NCBI RefSeq assembly: GCF_000315625.1
Contig: NW_005434616.1
Coordinates: 434,437-498,436 of the forward strand
DNA length: 64,000 bases
Direction of reading: 5' to 3'
From: Guillardia theta CCMP2712
Taxonomy: Eukaryota; Protista; Cryptophyta
The position numbers were made by a program, and so were the translations under genes. Shown one piece after another: positions 60,638 to 64,000 of the stretch; position 1 is the first letter of the stretch; each line of letters starts with the position of its first letter. Under the pieces are notes generated by a model that saw only the letters and a list, made by a program, of their open reading frames with translations, was not told the DNA's origin and made no database searches.

Positions 60638-63541
60638 ATGAGCGGTAAGAAGTCGAATTTTATATCTAAGCGAAACGTTGTCGCCAGTTGGGTTCCGACA
60701 AATCTAGAAGAAGAGTTTGCAGATGAGTTCAAACACGTGTACTTCATAGCTGTACTGCTCTTCAGCGTCATACTCAGTGTATATGTTGCAACCATGCACA
60801 GATCAGTTTCTGGGGGCGACAATGGTGAGCTTCTTGGATGTGCTTGTGAGCTGGGGATTGCACATCCGCCTGGATATCCCACCTTCACCGTTCTCGGGCA
60901 TTTTTTTGTTCGCTTCTTCCCGTTCGGAACTCCAGCATTTCGCGTTGCATTCATGTCCGGAACATGCGATGCTCTCGCAGGGGTCCTAGTGATGCTTTCT
61001 GTGCATCGATGGTTTCTGTTGGAATCAACGCTGGAGAAGAAAAGCGTGGCTCAGGCGTGGGTTGGCTCTGTTTGGCCATCGTTGCTTGCTGGTGGATTGT
61101 ATTCTCTCTGTCCTCTAGTTTGGATGTACTCAGTTCAAGCAGAAGTGTTTGCTATGAACAATTTTTTTGCGGCGCTATTGATTTACTTGATCCTGAGGTT
61201 CAATGAAAAGAGAAGCCTGAAGCTTGCTTGTTTGGGCTCATTTTCTATTGGACTTGGTCTTACCAACCAACATACTCTTGTTCTATTCGCACTTCCGGGT
61301 AATTCTGGATATTCTTGACGTGCAAGCTGCAAATGACAGATTGACAGTTGTTGTTTGGAGCTTGTTTGTTGGCAGAAATGTTTTGATCAATGTTCGAGCC
61401 ATCTCGCTTCTTTCTTTCTGTGGTCTTGTGGGGTTGACGCCGTACGTGTTCTTGTTCACTCATGCGAAGTACGCTCCACTTGGATCATGGGGAGACACGT
61501 CGACATTTGATGGCTTCATGACACACTTTCTGCGGAAAGAATATGGAACCTTCCAATTGTATTCCGGCAATGATATGCAGGTCAAATATGGAGTGCAGCA
61601 TTGCTACTCTTAAACCTTATTACAGCAAAAACAAGTCCTTGTGGCGACATTGCGGTATTTCAAACAGGTAAATGTATTCGTGTCTTGACTTTTTCTTACT
61701 GTCGTGAAAGTTTCTGCTTGATGGTCTTTACATTGGTGCACCTCTCATGCTTCTCGGACTAGTCGACTCAGTGCAAGCGAGGATGCGAAATCCCCATCGA
61801 TCTCCGGTCACTGTGATAGTTGGGGCGTGGATTACCTACTTGTTGGTGTTTCACTCCTTATCAAATCTTCCTATCGACAAACTTCCTTTGTTTCTTGGTA
61901 TCCACATGCGTTTTTGGATGCAGCCGCACATTATCTCTTTCATGATTCTTGGGAAAGGACTCAAGGTTAGCCAAACACTCACTCCCAGCTTGTTCGCTGA
62001 GAGCTCGCAGCCATTTTTGGAAAGAATTTCATGCTGGAAAGCGCAATTTGTTATCCCAGCAGTGCTCTTGATTCTGTTCGCTCAAGTTGGAATCAACTAT
62101 AAGTAATCCAGCCGTCAGCATGAAATTGTGTTGATCTTTTTTCCAGGTCTATGGATCAAAGTAAGAATTTGCACGTGCGAGATCTTGGTAGGAAGCACCT
62201 TGAATTTCTCCCGCCCAACACGATCCTTATCTCGCAGGGCGACCTTGTGACTAACTCGATGAGGTGAAAAGGATAAGTAGTAATGAAGCTGAGTGCTGTG
62301 GTTTCAGATACCTGCAACGATGTGAAAAGTACAGGACGGATGTTCTTCTTCTTGACGAGACCATGATGACCTACAAATGGATGAGAAACAATCAAGGTAT
62401 TCTGTTGTTCTCATGATTCTTCGATTTGATTGCGGTTTCAGGCCCTCGTATGAAAAAATGGAAAATCAAGTTTCCGAATGAGTTGCACTCTCCTAACCCA
62501 ATGGCAAACACGTAAAAACCTCGCTGCCTATCATTTATGCTGCTATGTTGCTCACTTTGCATGGTAGGTACACTATGGAAGAGTTCCTGGCAGTTAACGG
62601 AAGAAACCCAAAGTTCCCTGTCTTCAAAGCTGTAAGATTCACAATCCCCTCGCTGCTGCCCTGACGCGCTTTCTGCAGGGAGCATGGCTAGGAGGCGTGA
62701 TGGGTCGCCAAGACAGTGGAGTCCCGTCTTGGCACACGGTTCCGGTGGGATTGGTGTCAGCAGTGATGAGAAAAGGACGGGACATGTCGAACGAAGAGTG
62801 GCTTGAGTGGTTCAACAAGATTGATCTCTTTCCGCAAGAACCGGATTTCTTTGCTTTCGACGACAGAACGTGGGAGTGGCTTATGCGCAGGATCATCTTG
62901 GAGTGGCGCGCCAAGGTAGGGTTTCGCTTCTCAAACTTGGCGGTGGAGAAAGCAAACGCGTTGGGCGAGAGAGCTTGGCTTGACCGCGCCGAGACGTATA
63001 TCGCCGACGTACTACGATTGGAGGAGATTGCTCATGGGCACGAGCCGAAGACTTACATCCTTGCTGACCTTTACAACGCGCTCGGGATGCTACAAGTGCA
63101 CATCCAACACTTCCTCACGTCTCGGGAAGAGATCATCGAGTCCAATCGAAAGATTGCCAAGTTCTTCGCCCTCTACGTTGAAAAGAGTCCCAAGCCTGAC
63201 ATCAGCAGCTCGCAGGAGGCTAGTCTCGTGACCTTCCTGCAGCAGAACCCCAGCTACGACCAGATGATCATCCCCAAGGAGAACTTGGATGCGCAGACAG
63301 CTGAGTTGGCAAAGGAGGTAAGAGAGCTGAGAACGTCTTCTTGCAAGAAAACGAACTGATTACAAATAGAAGGCGAAAGCGACAGAGCCTGTAAGCGAGT
63401 CCGCGAGGTAACTCGCGCAACATGTGTGGAAATATTGTTGAATTTCGAGGTTTTAGGTCGAGCAAACAGAGCAAGTCTTCCAAGAAAGGGAAGAAAGCGA
63501 AAGATCCGAATAAGAAGAAGCGCAAGAATGCTGAGTTGTAA
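60638..63541 (+). CDS. TMEM260: TMEM260 / DUF2723 GT-C protein O-mannosyltransferase
   Basis: [10 protein letters not shown]...[46 protein letters not shown]...RFWMQP. The last exons splice to ...KKRKNAEL*. Confidence 0.92.
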
Positions 63542-63626
63542 ATTTCTACATCGGCACGTTATGATTGTTCTATGTCTATGGGTTGAGAGTAGCAACAAGA
63601 TTAGTACTGTGTTTGCGTCATAGATT

Positions 63627-63900
63627 TTACATAAAGATTATCGACGATGCTGCTGATTCGCACGATCGCGAACTAAACCACCATGAAACTTGGCAAATCC
63701 CTGGAAACAGTAGATGAGTAAAGACACCATCGTGTCGTAGCGCATGTACAGAATTGTAGCCCGTGCGATAATCGTCTTCGACACTTGTGCTCGCAACGCT
63801 GAAAATATAATCAGAATAAATAACAGTTGTCATGCAATGCAACCGTCTGCTCGAGGGAGCAGAAGCGCTCATGATGTCAGCAACTTTCCTTCTTTCAGCT
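63627..63900 (-). CDS. Probable 3' exons of a gene that starts beyond the window end
   Basis: Short exon/intron-like pattern convergent with TMEM260; no domain recognised. Confidence 0.3.
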
Positions 63901-64000
63901 TCCTACAAACAATGTCAAGTTACCCCCCCCCCCTCTCTCTCCCTCTCCCCCACTGGAGGGGGTGGGGGGGGGGGGGGGGGGGGCGGCTTGAGGTACTCAA

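Overview
Gene-dense eukaryotic nuclear DNA with many short (about 45-60 bp) GT-AG introns and a few GC-AG introns. The short introns, RWP-RK genes and bipartite signal+transit presequences point to a cryptophyte alga (Guillardia/Hanusia-like); this is inference. By manual splicing I reconstructed about 22 genes: CPSF3/YSH1, a double RWP-RK transcription factor, WDR12/YTM1, a putative plastid SAM methyltransferase, an RNI-like LRR protein, a PKD2-like channel, MMAB/PduO, a large DDT-WHIM-PWWP chromatin protein, a THUMPD1/Tan1-like protein, an EF-hand/UBA/SF2 helicase, CYP38, an FAD monooxygenase, a NELF-A ortholog, an ankyrin protein, TMEM260 and several hypotheticals. Main points of interest: (1) two signal-peptide proteins whose presequence ends in a ubiquitin-tail mimic (LRLQGG, IKLRGG), suggesting DUB-like processing of proteins bound for the periplastid compartment or nucleomorph; (2) an apparently complete NELF-A in an alga; (3) an intronic H/ACA-like RNA in WDR12 that may guide U6 pseudouridylation; (4) oriented TACCC/ACCC promoter tracts paired with CCGG-rich islands; (5) a 52-bp tandem repeat of minimal uORFs that supplies the MMAB start codon. 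Exon boundaries were read by eye and no database searches were run.
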